From NCBI RefSeq assembly GCF_006345805.1, contig NW_021827560.1:1-28045 (forward strand): a stretch of 28,045 nt of DNA. The letters run 5' to 3'. The notes beneath the pieces are model-generated. The model made no database searches. It was not told where the DNA came from and saw only the letters and a list, made by a program, of their open reading frames with translations. The DNA is from Octopus sinensis (Eukaryota). This document shows positions 1-12,114 of the stretch, in pieces. Both the position numbers and the translations under genes were made by a program. The first letter of the stretch is position 1. Each line of letters opens with the position of its first letter.

Positions 1-486
1 GGATAATGGTAATGTATTATTTTGGGGTTGAGACTTTTTTATATTGTCTAGATAGAAAGGGAAAATTTTATTCTGATGTCCCTTTTAGGGCCTAGGATAT
101 TGCGAAGCGCAATGGTAGAAGTTTTCCTCTGACAGAAAAAAAACTGGCCTTAAATGTTTACACTGTCATTTCTGCTAAATATGTCCAAGTTTAGAAAGTG
201 TTGTTGCTTTCTTAAGTGAAAATTATGGTTTTCAAATGATAGGAGAGTTGAAGCACTGCATGCCGTGCGACTGCGGGATCAAGGTCAGATGTAAAGAAAA
301 TTTGCTTTCTAGAGAAGTGTTGGTTTTAAATCATCTCTATTCGCGAGAGTAGCTTGGATGTAAAAAGAATTTAGTTTCGAAATGTAATCATTTTACATCT
401 TGTCTTAATAGTCTCTCGAAAATCAGGATGCGATCACAGTTATGTTGTCTAGCATGATGAGACGATTGGCGTATTATGTGATGCTG

Positions 487-488
<2 letters not shown>

Positions 489-557
<69 letters not shown>

Positions 558-619
558 TGTGTGTCTGTGTGTCTGTGTCTGTGTGTCTGTGTGTGTCTGT
601 GTCTGTATGTGTGTGTGTG
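489..619. repeat. (GT)n microsatellite grading into (GTGTCT)n
   Basis: Direct reading; explains ORF 489..683. Confidence 0.97.
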
Positions 620-799
620 CTTCGTGCTAATTATTTTATTATTTTATTTCGAATACTTGCAATTTAAATTGTTCAGGAGATAACTTTTATGATGGTATAT
701 TATAAGGCCGCCTATTTAGACAGATAGTTTCCCGAACTGCATCAGTATTTCAAGTGCTGGTTTGCAGTCCTCACTCTTTTTCCTATCGTTATTCACACA

Positions 800-930
800 T
801 AGAGCGTGTGATCAATTACTTAAGCGACCAGATTCTTGGTCATAATTATCTGAATCCGGTTCCAATCTGGGAAACGCGGTGTGACCTTAAGGAAAGCACA
901 TTATTTCAGGCTACTCCAATCCACTTTCAA
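800..930 (+). mobile_element. Highly degenerate tRNA-derived SINE remnant (same body as 13895-14156)
   Basis: gtgtgaccttaaggaaagcacattatttcaggctactccaatccact aligns by eye with gttgtgctcttgagcaaaacacttcatttcacgttgccccagtccact of the 13.9-kb copy; box-B-like ccggttccaatc lies upstream. Confidence 0.45.
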
Positions 931-1232
931 ATATGAAAGCATCCGGTCAACATTACAATGATACGGCAGCGCTTACGAGAATGTGGTCCGTAACCAAAAG
1001 CCTTGATGCATGAAGATGAATACGCTCAGCAATGGACTGTTCTCTCCTGTCTTCAATCCTTTTGTATTTCTAGATATAAATATATACGATCAGCAACATG
1101 AAAATATGACTTTATCTGAAAATACAGTCTAAAAAAACTTTCGTTGGTTTTCACACGTTGTTTGTGTATGGTGACAACACTCCATGTATATTGTTCTCAT
1201 AACAGAACGTCGCTATTAATAACTTATTGACA

Positions 1233-1270
1233 ACAGCTCAGGAACTTTGATCACAGCTCAGGAACTTTGA
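1233..1270. repeat. 20-bp-period tandem duplication
   Basis: acagctcaggaactttga at 1233-1250 and 1253-1270. Confidence 0.9.
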
Positions 1271-1796
1271 ATATGCTAAGGTTCTGGGTCAAATCGGCCT
1301 AAAATGAGTACCAAGAGCCAAGGCTAAGCCAAACACTAATTGCTAAATCCCAATACTTAGTAGCGCTTGTATTATATTTCCATGTGAATTGATTTTCACG
1401 CCATATTAACACACTTATGCGATAGCAAATATCAGGCTTGTTCTCGTTGAGGAAGAGGCACAGCCTTTTGCTATTTAAACCGTCTCACTTCGGCAAGAAT
1501 GGTTTACCTTGAGTTCCAGAAACTCAATGCATTTCATCAAAGTTTTAATACGCTTCTTTTTGTTATCCGTTACTCCATTCTCTGCATGTTCGTCCCTCTT
1601 GTTGGTTTAGGGAATTATATACATTCAATTCAGTATATTTAACGTTGTGCATTTGATATCTTATACACAGTGATAACGGCACCGAGATGTTTCGTCTGTC
1701 CCTTGGGAATATACATTTATGCATATATGTATGCATGCACGTATGTATGTATGTATATATGTAAATATATATATATATATAATATATATATATATA

Positions 1797-1904
1797 TAAA
1801 TGCTATGTGTATATACATATATACTTAAATACATAAATACATACATACATATATATATATATACATGCACACATACGTACATACATACATACATACAGAC
1901 AGAC

Positions 1905-1955
<51 letters not shown>

Positions 1956-2114
1956 CATGTATGTATATATGTATGTATGTATGTATATATGCATGTACGT
2001 ATGTGTGCATGTATGTATGTATGTATGTATGTATGTATGTATGTATGCATGTGTGCACGTATGTATGTACGCATTTATGTATTTAAGTATATATTTATAT
2101 ACACATAACATTTA
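1797..2114. repeat. Imperfect ~318-bp fold-back (MITE-like) with ~50-bp arms and TA termini
   Basis: Left arm taaatgctatgtgtatatacatatatacttaaatacataaatac matches the reverse complement of the right arm (taaatgttatgtgtatataaatatatacttaaatacataaatgc) with 3 mismatches; interior is (CATA)n then (TATG)n. Confidence 0.75.
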
Positions 2115-2263
2115 AACGTAAAATATATTACTGCTGCATGTAAAACGTGTGTATAACTTGGCACCGCTTTTTTAGTCTTTGGTTGTTGATGCCATCACTA
2201 TAAACCATTATTGTTATTGGTGATGTTTTTCGGTCTTTCCCCAAAGCTGGAAATCTTCAGTTC

Positions 2264-2273
2264 CATCATCATT

Positions 2274-2352
<79 letters not shown>
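2264..2352. repeat. (ATC)n microsatellite
   Basis: Direct reading. Confidence 0.97.
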
Positions 2353-2749
2353 CTTACTCTTACCGTTTTTTAAAATATTATTATTTCCTATTCGCCTTAT
2401 TTATTTAATTATTTATTATTTCTTTATGTATTTTATTCATGTATTTATGTCCCTTATTTTATACAATGTCCGAAACTGTAGCTTATAAGAGCTGAGATAG
2501 AACCTGCGGATACAGAATATGTTTTTACGACAGAAATTTCGGTGGAAAAAATGTTATGAGTCTTGGCCAGTTTTAAGGGTCTTCATAAAATATATGCAGT
2601 CTACTTGTAAAATTGAATATTCGGTGGATTCCGAAAAAAAAGGAGAAAAAAAATGGAGTGATCTGTCTCACTCCCAATTCACAATTCTACCCCAGGAAAA
2701 ATTAGCAGAAAAACATATATCTTTTGTTCACCATTTAATATTTTCTCGC

Positions 2750-3065
2750 TTTGTGTGTGTGTGGTGTGCGTGTATGTGTGTGTGTGTGTGCGTGCATGTG
2801 TGTATGTGTGTGTGCGTGTATGTGTGTGTGTGCGTGCATGTGTGTGTATGTGTCATCTGGATGATAAAAATGATAATATGCATTATATTATATATTACCA
2901 CGTATAAAATTTTGTTTTATATGAATTCTATACATTATGTATATATATCCGAACATATATACATATATATATATATGGATACATACATATATGCATATAT
3001 ATATATATACATATATATATACATCTATCTATCTACATGTGTATACATATATATATATGTGTATG

Positions 3066-3098
<33 letters not shown>

Positions 3099-3170
3099 TA
3101 TTATATATCTTTTATATATATATTATAAAAGATATATATATATATTATATGCCCACACACACACCATATA
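2750..3170. repeat. Compound (GT/GC)n and (TA/CA)n microsatellite field
   Basis: Direct reading; explains most of ORF 2519..3175. Confidence 0.9.
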
Positions 3171-4030
3171 TATAGCAAAATTGAATTTCGTTGAAGCAAT
3201 TTTCCACCCGTGATGAGTTGTAGTGAAAGAATATATGATAATAGAAAGAAAATATTCTTCATAATTTCAATATTATATACTTTTTAAAGCACAGAAACCG
3301 ATCGATTATCATAATATTCTATTCTTTAAAATATACATGCTTTTGAATGATTTCTCTGTAAAACCTGCATAGTTTATTTTCGTTATATTCGTCTGTTCTG
3401 AGATGCTTAAACATTTCATATATTTTGTCCCCTGAATGAATCGACAATGCCAGGTACTCGTAGTAGGGGAAATATTTACCTAGACTAAAATTGTAAAAAA
3501 TATATTTATAAAGGCATGAAAATCCTTTTTAAAAAACATTGCTCCCCCTGATGAACCAAATTAGATTACCAATGTATATTATTAATTATGTTCTTATTAT
3601 TCATACTAAAATAACTTAATTAACACACAATACACATTTAAATGCACACAATTATGCACTTAAACGCACACAATACACGAACCTACACCTTTATAGATCT
3701 CCGAAAACAATATGATAGACTATTATATACAGCTGGGTAACATGAGAACTGACCAAAAATACTGTAAGTCACACCATCACTAAAAGAAATTTAACTTTTC
3801 ACCTGTCACCGATTTCAACCATTCTAGGAAAACAGCGCCTCTCTTCCTTTCTCTAATAAAGCCTCCAAACACTCATCACAAATATACTTGCAGGCACATG
3901 CATACACATACATATACACTCTCACGTATAGGTTCAAAATAGCAAAGGACATCAAAAACGCCCTCAAAACATCCTCTTCCCCAGATCCAAGAAAATTAAT
4001 GGAACACCAGATTTTGTTCAGCTAGCTCAT

Positions 4031-4031
<1 letters not shown>

Positions 4032-4094
<63 letters not shown>

Positions 4095-4107
4095 ACACAC
4101 ACACACA
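4032..4107. repeat. (CA)n microsatellite
   Basis: Direct reading. Confidence 0.97.
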
Positions 4108-4399
4108 TATATGTATATATATATATGCGGCAAATAAATAAATTTCATCCAAAAATCTTGATTACCTCTCCTTTCCTAATGACAGATAAATGATTTAGAT
4201 GATGAAAAATTTTGTTTCTTGGAGAAAAGAACACAGAGAGGAGGAAAGGGATGAGGACAATCGAGAAAAAGAAAGTAAAGTAAAGCAAAGAGGGGGCGAA
4301 AGATAGACAGTGATGTAGAGGAGTTTATTTCTAATTATATTGAATCGATGTTTTTCAACACATTGAAATTTAATGACAATTCATGATGTTGTTCTTTCT

Positions 4400-4421
4400 T
4401 GTGTGTGTGTGTGTGGTGTAA

Positions 4422-4503
<82 letters not shown>

Positions 4504-4526
4504 TGCACGTGTGCGTGTGTGTGTGC
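4400..4526. repeat. (GT)n microsatellite at the downstream edge of the Penelope-like remnant
   Basis: Direct reading. Confidence 0.97.
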
Positions 4527-5727
4527 AATGATACTCTTCATATTGAGACAGCAGCTATACGATAATTTTACAGAACGCCCATTAAATATTTTCCTGTATC
4601 TGCGAGTTACTGGAAAGTGCTTGCCTAGGGAAAGCAGGAATTCTTTTTTACCTATGTTAGTTTTTACATAAAGGGGTCAGAGAGGGGTCAACCAAATAAT
4701 TATCTTTGGTCAATTTTTAGGTCTACTATTTTTATTCTGATTAATATTAAAGAGGTTATATATTGATTTATCTTTGAAGCCATTAATAGAGCATTTTTAT
4801 AGTAGGAATCTGTTTTCTCGAAAATTTCTTTAGAGGAAGAAAGGTCAGATGCTCTGTTATTAATATTATGTGGAGGCGCAATGGCCCAGTGGTTAGGGCA
4901 GCGGACTCGCGGTTATAGGATCGCGGTTTCGATTCCCAGACCGGGCGTTGTGAGTGTTTATTGAGCGAAAACACCTAAAAGCCCACGAGGCTCCGGCAGG
5001 GATGGTGTTGATCCCTGCTGTACTCTTTCACAACACAACTTTCTCTCACTCTTACTTCCTGTTTCTGTTGTACCTGTATTTAAAGGGGCCGGCCTTGTCA
5101 CTCTCTGTGTCACGCTGAATATCCCCGAGAACTACGTTAAGGGTACACGTGTCTGTGGAGTGCTCAGCCGCTTACACGTTAATTTCACGAGCAGGCTGTT
5201 CCGTTGATTCGGATCAACCGGAACACTCGTCGTCGTAACCGACGGAGTACTTCCATCCATTAATATTATCTATCAGGTTTTTAAAAATTACAATGAGAGG
5301 ACAATATTGTTTATGTATATAGACGAGTTCTCATTAGGTATATGGAATGGTTTATACGAGGAGGAATTCAGATATAGACAGGTTAGTAGCTACTGTAATT
5401 TCAAGACTTAAGGTAGAAATAAGTTGTAAACCAAATCTATAAAGGGTTTGACCATCACACATCATGAGATGGCTACTTAGAGCCTAACGTGCTTCTTACA
5501 AATAAAAGCTCAAGATCACAAACGTCAGCACTATCATACGACCCCATAGATACATCAAGTATTTCGTCACTATGCGACTATTTTTTTATCCATGCTAATC
5601 CTTTACTAAGCAGTAGTGTTTTCCTCGCATGCCTGATAAAATCTAGGTCAGCAGGGTCAATATCAACATATGATTTAACAAACTCAATGGAAATATCAAG
5701 CAGCGTTCTAGATACAGAGGGATAAAA
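4521..5727 (-). mobile_element. Decayed Penelope-like element (PLE) reverse transcriptase/thumb region, probably Naiad-type; interrupted by a SINE at 4870-5258
   Basis: Manual translation gives FYPSVSRTLLDISIEF..IRHARKTLLLSKGLAWIKK*..LDVSMGSYDSADVCDL, then LEITVATNLSISEFL..ELVYIHKQ..IFKNLIDNIN|NRASDLSSSKEIFEK..YYKNAL, then IIWLTP..VKTNIGKKEFL..KHFP..YRKIFNGRSVKLSYSCCLNMKSIIAH. These match PLE RT motifs (FYPSI, HARKSLLF..W.KK, FDVTMGSYDGAE.CELVG, KIIWFNPP..VKTNIGK.FL, SYSC). Stops and frameshifts are present. Confidence 0.88.
4870..5258 (+). mobile_element. Full-length tRNA-derived SINE (head 1 + tail X) with 11-bp TSD
   Basis: Box A-like tggcccagtggtt, box B-like ggtttcgattccc; TSD attaatattat at 4859-4869 and 5259-5269; internal hairpin 4994-5020 and 3' hairpin 5198-5224. 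Confidence 0.92.
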
Positions 5728-5886
5728 TGAATGTATGTATATATGTATGTATATACATATATATATATATATATACATGTATGCACTCCCATGATGAGCC
5801 AGCATTTTATGCTTTTCCCTCTGATGAACAAATGTCATACTCTCTAGCAATACACTTCGATAGTAGATTCGTTAAGGTAATACATG

Positions 5887-6198
5887 TCGTTGTTTGTTCC
5901 TTCTTGAGCCATGCCCGGTTCATAAGGGCCGGTTTCCTAGTTTCATTGGCGTATAGGTTACCCACCTGCACGGGACGCCGGTCCGTCGCGGGTCAGCTTC
6001 TAGATGCAGGAGGAAAGAGAGAGAGAAAGTTGTGTCGAAAGTGTCAGTAGAAGTTAGCCATTACCTTCTGCTGAAGCCGCGTGGAGCTTAGGTGTTTCGT
6101 TCATATACGCACACCTCGCCCAGTCTGAGATTCGAACCCGAGATCCCTCGACCGCGAGTCAGCTGTTCTAACCACTTGACCACGTGCCTCCACAAATA
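5887..6198 (-). mobile_element. Full-length tRNA-derived SINE (head 1 + tail Y) with 9-bp TSD
   Basis: Reverse strand reads ggaggcacgtggtcaagtggttag..gggttcgaatctc (boxes A/B); TSD taatacatg at 5878-5886 and 6199-6207. Confidence 0.9.
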
Positions 6199-6225
6199 TA
6201 ATACATGATTCTAAAAAAGCAAAAT

Positions 6226-6900
6226 CTTAAAAAATCTTTTAAAATATTTCAGCTTCAAATTTGCAGTCATGCTGGGGTACCACCGTTGACTGTACTACAC
6301 CATTATTTGAAACCTCCTGTACGTGGTATTTAGACAATGAGGGAGTTTGATGCCGCTGCCCTTATCTGTGTTTCCTGCCGAAGGTTTGTCTGGAACCCTT
6401 GACAGGAATAGATCCAGTTTTGTTTTAAGGACACTTTCATCCACAACATGCAGCTCTCTCAGGCATTTTTGAGGGACATTGAAAAGCTGTGAGCCTTTGA
6501 AACCCAAGCTGTTGCAGTATCTTGTCCTGTATTTTGATGGAGAAGCTGGGATCTTTAGCACTGTGAATTGGCGCCCCGTTCTGCTGTTTGAGTAACTTTC
6601 AATTCCAAAGTTTGGTACAAGGCATTCCAGGATTTTCCAGATGTATATCACTGTATATATTTCCCGCCTTCATTCTAGGAAGAATAGTTTTAATTCTTTC
6701 AGTGTTTCCCTATTAGCTGATACGTTGCATTGAGATGAATTTCTTTATGTAGCTTCACTGGATTGTTTCAAGTTCCGTCGTGAATATTATATTGTGTGGT
6801 GACCATAGTTCGGAACAGTAGTCCAAGCGGCTGAGGACATGGTCCTCCAAAAGACCATCAATGTCTCCTTTTCACTTGCTTTGAAAGTTTGGAGTCTAAT
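6226..6900 (-). mobile_element. 5'-truncated CR1/L2-type LINE: ORF2 C-terminus and 3' tail
   Basis: LQTFKASEKETLMVFWRT/VLSRLDYCSELWSP..ELETIQ..LKELKLFFLE*RREIYTVIYIWKILECLVPNFGI..SLGFKGSQLFN..KTKLDLFLSRVPDKP; these are typical CR1-group post-RT motifs, with stops and frameshifts. Confidence 0.88.
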
Positions 6901-7831
6901 TGTAGAATGATTTATAATTGTTTATTTAGTTGCGTTATATCTCTCAATTTACCAGAAGATTTTACGCTAAAAGCTTAACAATTTGAAGCATTTGATTTTA
7001 CAGCATATCACAGTTTCACTTCGATTAAGTTGTCTCGTATCTTTTCATAGTATTGTATAAATCCTACATTGTTTCCTTTTTTGTTTCCCGCTGAATGGAT
7101 TAGCTGCTTCGATGATACTACGCTTCAGTTTAAAACCACAATTTTTACAGTTCAGATACCATATAATATTTGCTAGCGGAGTTGTCTTATATAATTTTCT
7201 GGTATTAAAGTTATATTAAAGCATTGTATAGCCATCTTTTGTGAATGAAATATACGTAAGATTATGTAAGTAAATACCTGATGATCGAACTCTTATGTCT
7301 TGTATTGTGTTCTAAAATACCCACACTATAGATAAATGAACAATGATAACACGAACGGGGATACATCTAGACCTCTAAATATTGAATCTTTGTTCTTTTT
7401 GAAACATTCGTTTTCCAGATGTTTTATGCTTGTCACAGGCACTACAGGCTAGGCCCTTCTGAGTAGGGGCGATTATCTTACTGTGTACAAGCGAAGGTGC
7501 TTGAATTATAGTCCTTCTTGAGATTTTTGAAAATGTTTACAAGTGTCACTAAATGGGAAGTTTTTCAGAAGATCAACGATATTTTGGTAACTTTCAGTAT
7601 TTTTCGCTCGTTGATTCAACGACGATGTCAAAGGTAGAAGCAGATGTCACTAGATTAGCATTCAAGCTTTAATTCGATTTAGTCCATCGAGAAGTATCTT
7701 ATGCGATGTGTCCTTTTTATCAAACTGTAGTCTACCATATGATGGAGGATTGCTTGCAGTTTTTCGAAGGTCATGCGACAGAAGGTTGTGTTTAAGAATA
7801 CCCATTCTCAGCTGATACAAACATAAACATA

Positions 7832-7865
<34 letters not shown>

Positions 7866-7905
7866 GTCGTAGTAGCAACAACTGCGGCAGTAGCAGCAGC
7901 AACAA
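7832..7905. repeat. (CTA)n then (GCA/ACA)n trinucleotide run
   Basis: Direct reading. Confidence 0.9.
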
Positions 7906-8149
7906 CAGAAATAGTAATTAGTCGTGGTTATAATAGAAGTAGAAATATGTATGACAATAAGAGCAAATAAATTACAAATTGTTAAAGAAATTGTTCAGGA
8001 ATGTATGAAGAATAATTTAGACAATCGCAGACAAATGTATGAATGTAGACAGCTGTAAGGAATACAGGGTTGTATTTAATGATAGTTCTATACAACCGAC
8101 ACAACCAATAAAATATAAACACACATACTCAAACGCAAACATACACAAA

Positions 8150-8171
8150 TGCACACACAAACATATATAGA

Positions 8172-8215
<44 letters not shown>

Positions 8216-8334
8216 GTATAATATATATTGTATATATATATATATGAATATAATTTAATATATATGCATATTATTATTGTATATATATGTATATATATGT
8301 ATATATATATGCATATATATATACATACACACAC

Positions 8335-8383
<49 letters not shown>

Positions 8384-8542
8384 ATATATTATATATATAT
8401 ATATATATCAATATACGTATATATATATGTGTGTGTGTGTCAACATGTCTTTGTGCAGAAACACACAGGCATATGTGTCTGTATGCTAATTTTACTGTAA
8501 ATTCGTATGTGCATGCGTACGTACTTATAAATGACTATGTAT

Positions 8543-8574
<32 letters not shown>

Positions 8575-9255
8575 TATTAATCTAAACAAATTCATATAAT
8601 TATGTGAATTCGTATATATACAAATATATGATGCTACCTGCTTTGCACACACATACACATAGTCACATAAAATGTTAGACAATTCCTATATAAAAATATA
8701 CATATTCACACACATACACACGCATATACATAAACACATATGCATACAGGCTTACATATGTGCGTGTGTGTGTGTGAGTGTGTGTATGCATGCGTGTGTA
8801 TATAGAAAGATACCCTGCAATTGATGCAAACAAATATATATATATATATATACTTTCCCATGTGTATATGTTATAAGTTTTACCTCTATAATACACATAT
8901 ACTTATATGTATTTCCGGTCGTTTCTTTTGTCCGCCATTAAAAAACATATCGTTTGTTTTTTTTCTTAAAGAAAAATTATTTTTTTCTCCTTCATCCCAA
9001 AGGGAATTTTTACTTCTTGCTCGCTTTCTCACCCCGACCTACAGACAAACACTCCGCACATGTACACATATGTACATTCACACAAACGTACGTACACACA
9101 TACGCACACATCACACAAATACACCCACATACATACACACACGCTCGTAGACATACGAATATCTCCTTTATTAAATTCAAGCATTCGAATTATGTATGTA
9201 AGTATGTATTTATATCTCTCTATCTATCTCTTTCTCTCTGTATATATATATGTGG

Positions 9256-9314
<59 letters not shown>

Positions 9315-9501
9315 ATGTATATATATATATGTATGTATGTATGTATGTATAATATATATATATATATATATATATATCCATACATACATACATATATATA
9401 TATTACATACATATATATTATATATAATATATATATTATATGTATGTATATAGATATATGTATGTATGTATGTATATATCATATATATATATATATATAT
9501 G

Positions 9502-9541
<40 letters not shown>

Positions 9542-9741
9542 TCTATGTAAATATGTAAGCGTATGTGTGCATATGTGTATGGATGAAAATATATATGTAT
9601 ATATATATACACATACATATACACACATTCGCAAACTGATGTTTATGTAAATGTGCAGTAATGTATGGTTATGGTTATCAATCTTGCTTGTACATGAATT
9701 GATGTATATACGTACATATATACACATATAATGTATGTATG

Positions 9742-9782
<41 letters not shown>

Positions 9783-9852
9783 TATATATATACATACATA
9801 CATATATATATATATAAGCATAAATATTTATATATATATATTTATATATATA

Positions 9853-9890
<38 letters not shown>

Positions 9891-9950
9891 TATATATGTG
9901 TGTGTGTATGTATGTACTGTATATATATAAATATGTTGCTATATGTTATA
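8150..9950. repeat. Large (TA)n/(CA)n/(TATG)n compound microsatellite field
   Basis: Direct reading; source of the Y/I/H/T-rich ORFs. Confidence 0.92.
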
Positions 9951-10189
9951 AAATGTCTTGTATATGTAAAACAGCATTTCCACCATTTTCTTTTCTTCTC
10001 ATTCTCCTTCCCCCGCCCGCCGCTTTCTATCTCCCCCTTCTCCCTCTCTTAGCAGGAAATAAAGAAATATTTTTGTATATATGACAAGCAATACTGTAAT
10101 GTTTGGTTATTTATTAATTTTTTTCTTTTTCCAATCTAAATAGAAAATAAAAGCTTTCACGTATTTGTTTATATCAATGCAAAAAAAAA

Positions 10190-10287
10190 ATTGATCACAA
10201 TAATCAAAAACACACGAACGCAAACGCACACACACACAAGCACAAACATACACACAGAAGCACACACACGCACCACACACAGCCAAG

Positions 10288-10320
<33 letters not shown>

Positions 10321-10444
10321 TACGCTTATATGATTGCTTGTACACATGTGCAAGTATGAACTATATTTCTCAAGATTTGGAGAAAATACTAAAAAATATT
10401 AATATACCAGTTTTTAGGCAGAAAAATATTGATTACACGATAAT

Positions 10445-10489
<45 letters not shown>

Positions 10490-10545
10490 ATCTATCTGTC
10501 TATCTGTCTGTCTGTCTGTCTGCCTGTTATTTCTAACTATCTATA

Positions 10546-10632
<87 letters not shown>

Positions 10633-10765
10633 TTATGTATCTATCTGTCTTCTGTCTGTAATATGTATGCATGGCTAACTATCTGTCTATCGGTATGTCA
10701 ATCTATCTATCTATTTATCTATCTATCTGTCTGTCTGTATCATATATGTATGGTTATCTATCTGC

Positions 10766-10822
<57 letters not shown>

Positions 10823-10912
10823 AATCTATCTATATACCTATCCATCTATCTATCGATATGCATATCTATTCATTCATCTATCTACCTAATGACCAAACTA
10901 CCTGCCTGGCTC

Positions 10913-10948
<36 letters not shown>

Positions 10949-11104
10949 CTCTCTCTCTCTGCCTGTATATATAAGTATTATGTGTGTGTGTATGGACATA
11001 TATACGTACGTAGACATTTATGTCTATTGCGTATTTATTTCTAATTACCTTTCTTCTCACACTGTCCCATTCTTACTCCGTCACATAAACAACCACCACC
11101 TGTT

Positions 11105-11135
<31 letters not shown>

Positions 11136-11200
11136 CTCTCTCTCTCTCTCTCTTCCTCTTTCTCTCTCTCTCTCTCTCTCTTTGTCTTTCTCTTTCACAC
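10190..11200. repeat. (CA)n, (CT)n, (CTAT/CTGT)n and (CTTT)n microsatellite field
   Basis: Direct reading. Confidence 0.92.
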
Positions 11201-11489
11201 TCTCACATATACATGCACACAGACACTGTTTCTGTCATTTTCTGCCTCTGTAAACAGAAATGCCATTTATGTATGTTTGATTTTACAAAAAGAAATGGAT
11301 AATATCCTCAATGTAGACTATAAAGGCCAAATACGAGATCATGTATGAGTGAGACTACACTGTGTATTCGTTCACGTGAATCCTGGTGGAGTTGAAATTT
11401 GCAACAACAGATTAATAACAGCTTTACAACACCTACACATACACATACACTTTCACACACATACACAAACGTATACAACATATGAGTAG

Positions 11490-11513
11490 ATCAATCAATC
11501 AATGAAACAGTCT

Positions 11514-11547
<34 letters not shown>

Positions 11548-11587
11548 CAATCTTTTATTCATTCATTAATTTATCCAATCAATCATC
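11490..11587. repeat. (TCAA)n tetranucleotide repeat
   Basis: Direct reading. Confidence 0.9.
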
Positions 11588-11748
11588 CAGTTTCTAGTTT
11601 TGATCTGAGGAAACCATAAGTGGTTAAGAAATTAAAAGCAGGAGATGCCTTCACCGTTGAGGGAAAACGCGACCTCGACAGGAGTGTTTCTTTGCTGTAA
11701 CAGAATGTATGTGCAAGATGGATATTGGAGAGTGACATCAAATAGTAC

Positions 11749-11868
11749 GGAGACAGCGTAGTCAAATAGTTAAGAACTTGCATTACAATCATGGGAAGCT
11801 AGGTTCAAATCTACTGTGCGATACCTTGAGCAAGTATCATTTATCATAGACCCAAGGTCAAACCCAAT
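11749..11868 (+). mobile_element. Degenerate tRNA-derived SINE head with CORE-like segment
   Basis: tagtcaaatagttaag (box A-like), ggttcaaatc at 11802-11811 (box B), then gataccttgagcaagtatc resembling the CORE motif gtgaccttgggcaagtcac. Confidence 0.55.
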
Positions 11869-11889
11869 AAATCATTCAAAACTATCTAC

Positions 11890-12039
11890 ATATTCATACG
11901 TACACTGATATATATATATTATATATATATATATACATGCACGCATGCCAACAAACACATACATAAATACATATATGCATGCGTACATATATACATACAA
12001 AGATATATACATACATATATGCGTTTGTTTCTAAACAGT

Positions 12040-12114
<75 letters not shown>

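Noticed and set aside
60-360. Possible very old RT fragment on the minus strand (..TFKASFFSVRGK..)
   Set aside because: Only a vague resemblance, with many stops; not distinguishable from chance without a search.
1680-1715. Hammerhead-like remnant on the minus strand (tcccaagggacagacgaaacatc); also ctgatgaa at about 3548 and 5821
   Set aside because: Each has only half of the catalytic core.
4872-4945. Genuine tRNA genes at the SINE heads (also 6120-6191 and 13898-13965)
   Set aside because: Boxes A and B are present, but there is no complete cloverleaf or acceptor stem, and they continue into SINE bodies bounded by TSDs.
7420-7800. Possible LINE RT N-terminal remnant on the minus strand (KNFP..CKHFQK..IIAPTQKG)
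   Set aside because: The motif match requires several frameshifts and is too weak to call.
11590-11745. Candidate exon after a tttctag acceptor
   Set aside because: All three frames hit stop codons within a few codons and there is no recognisable homology.
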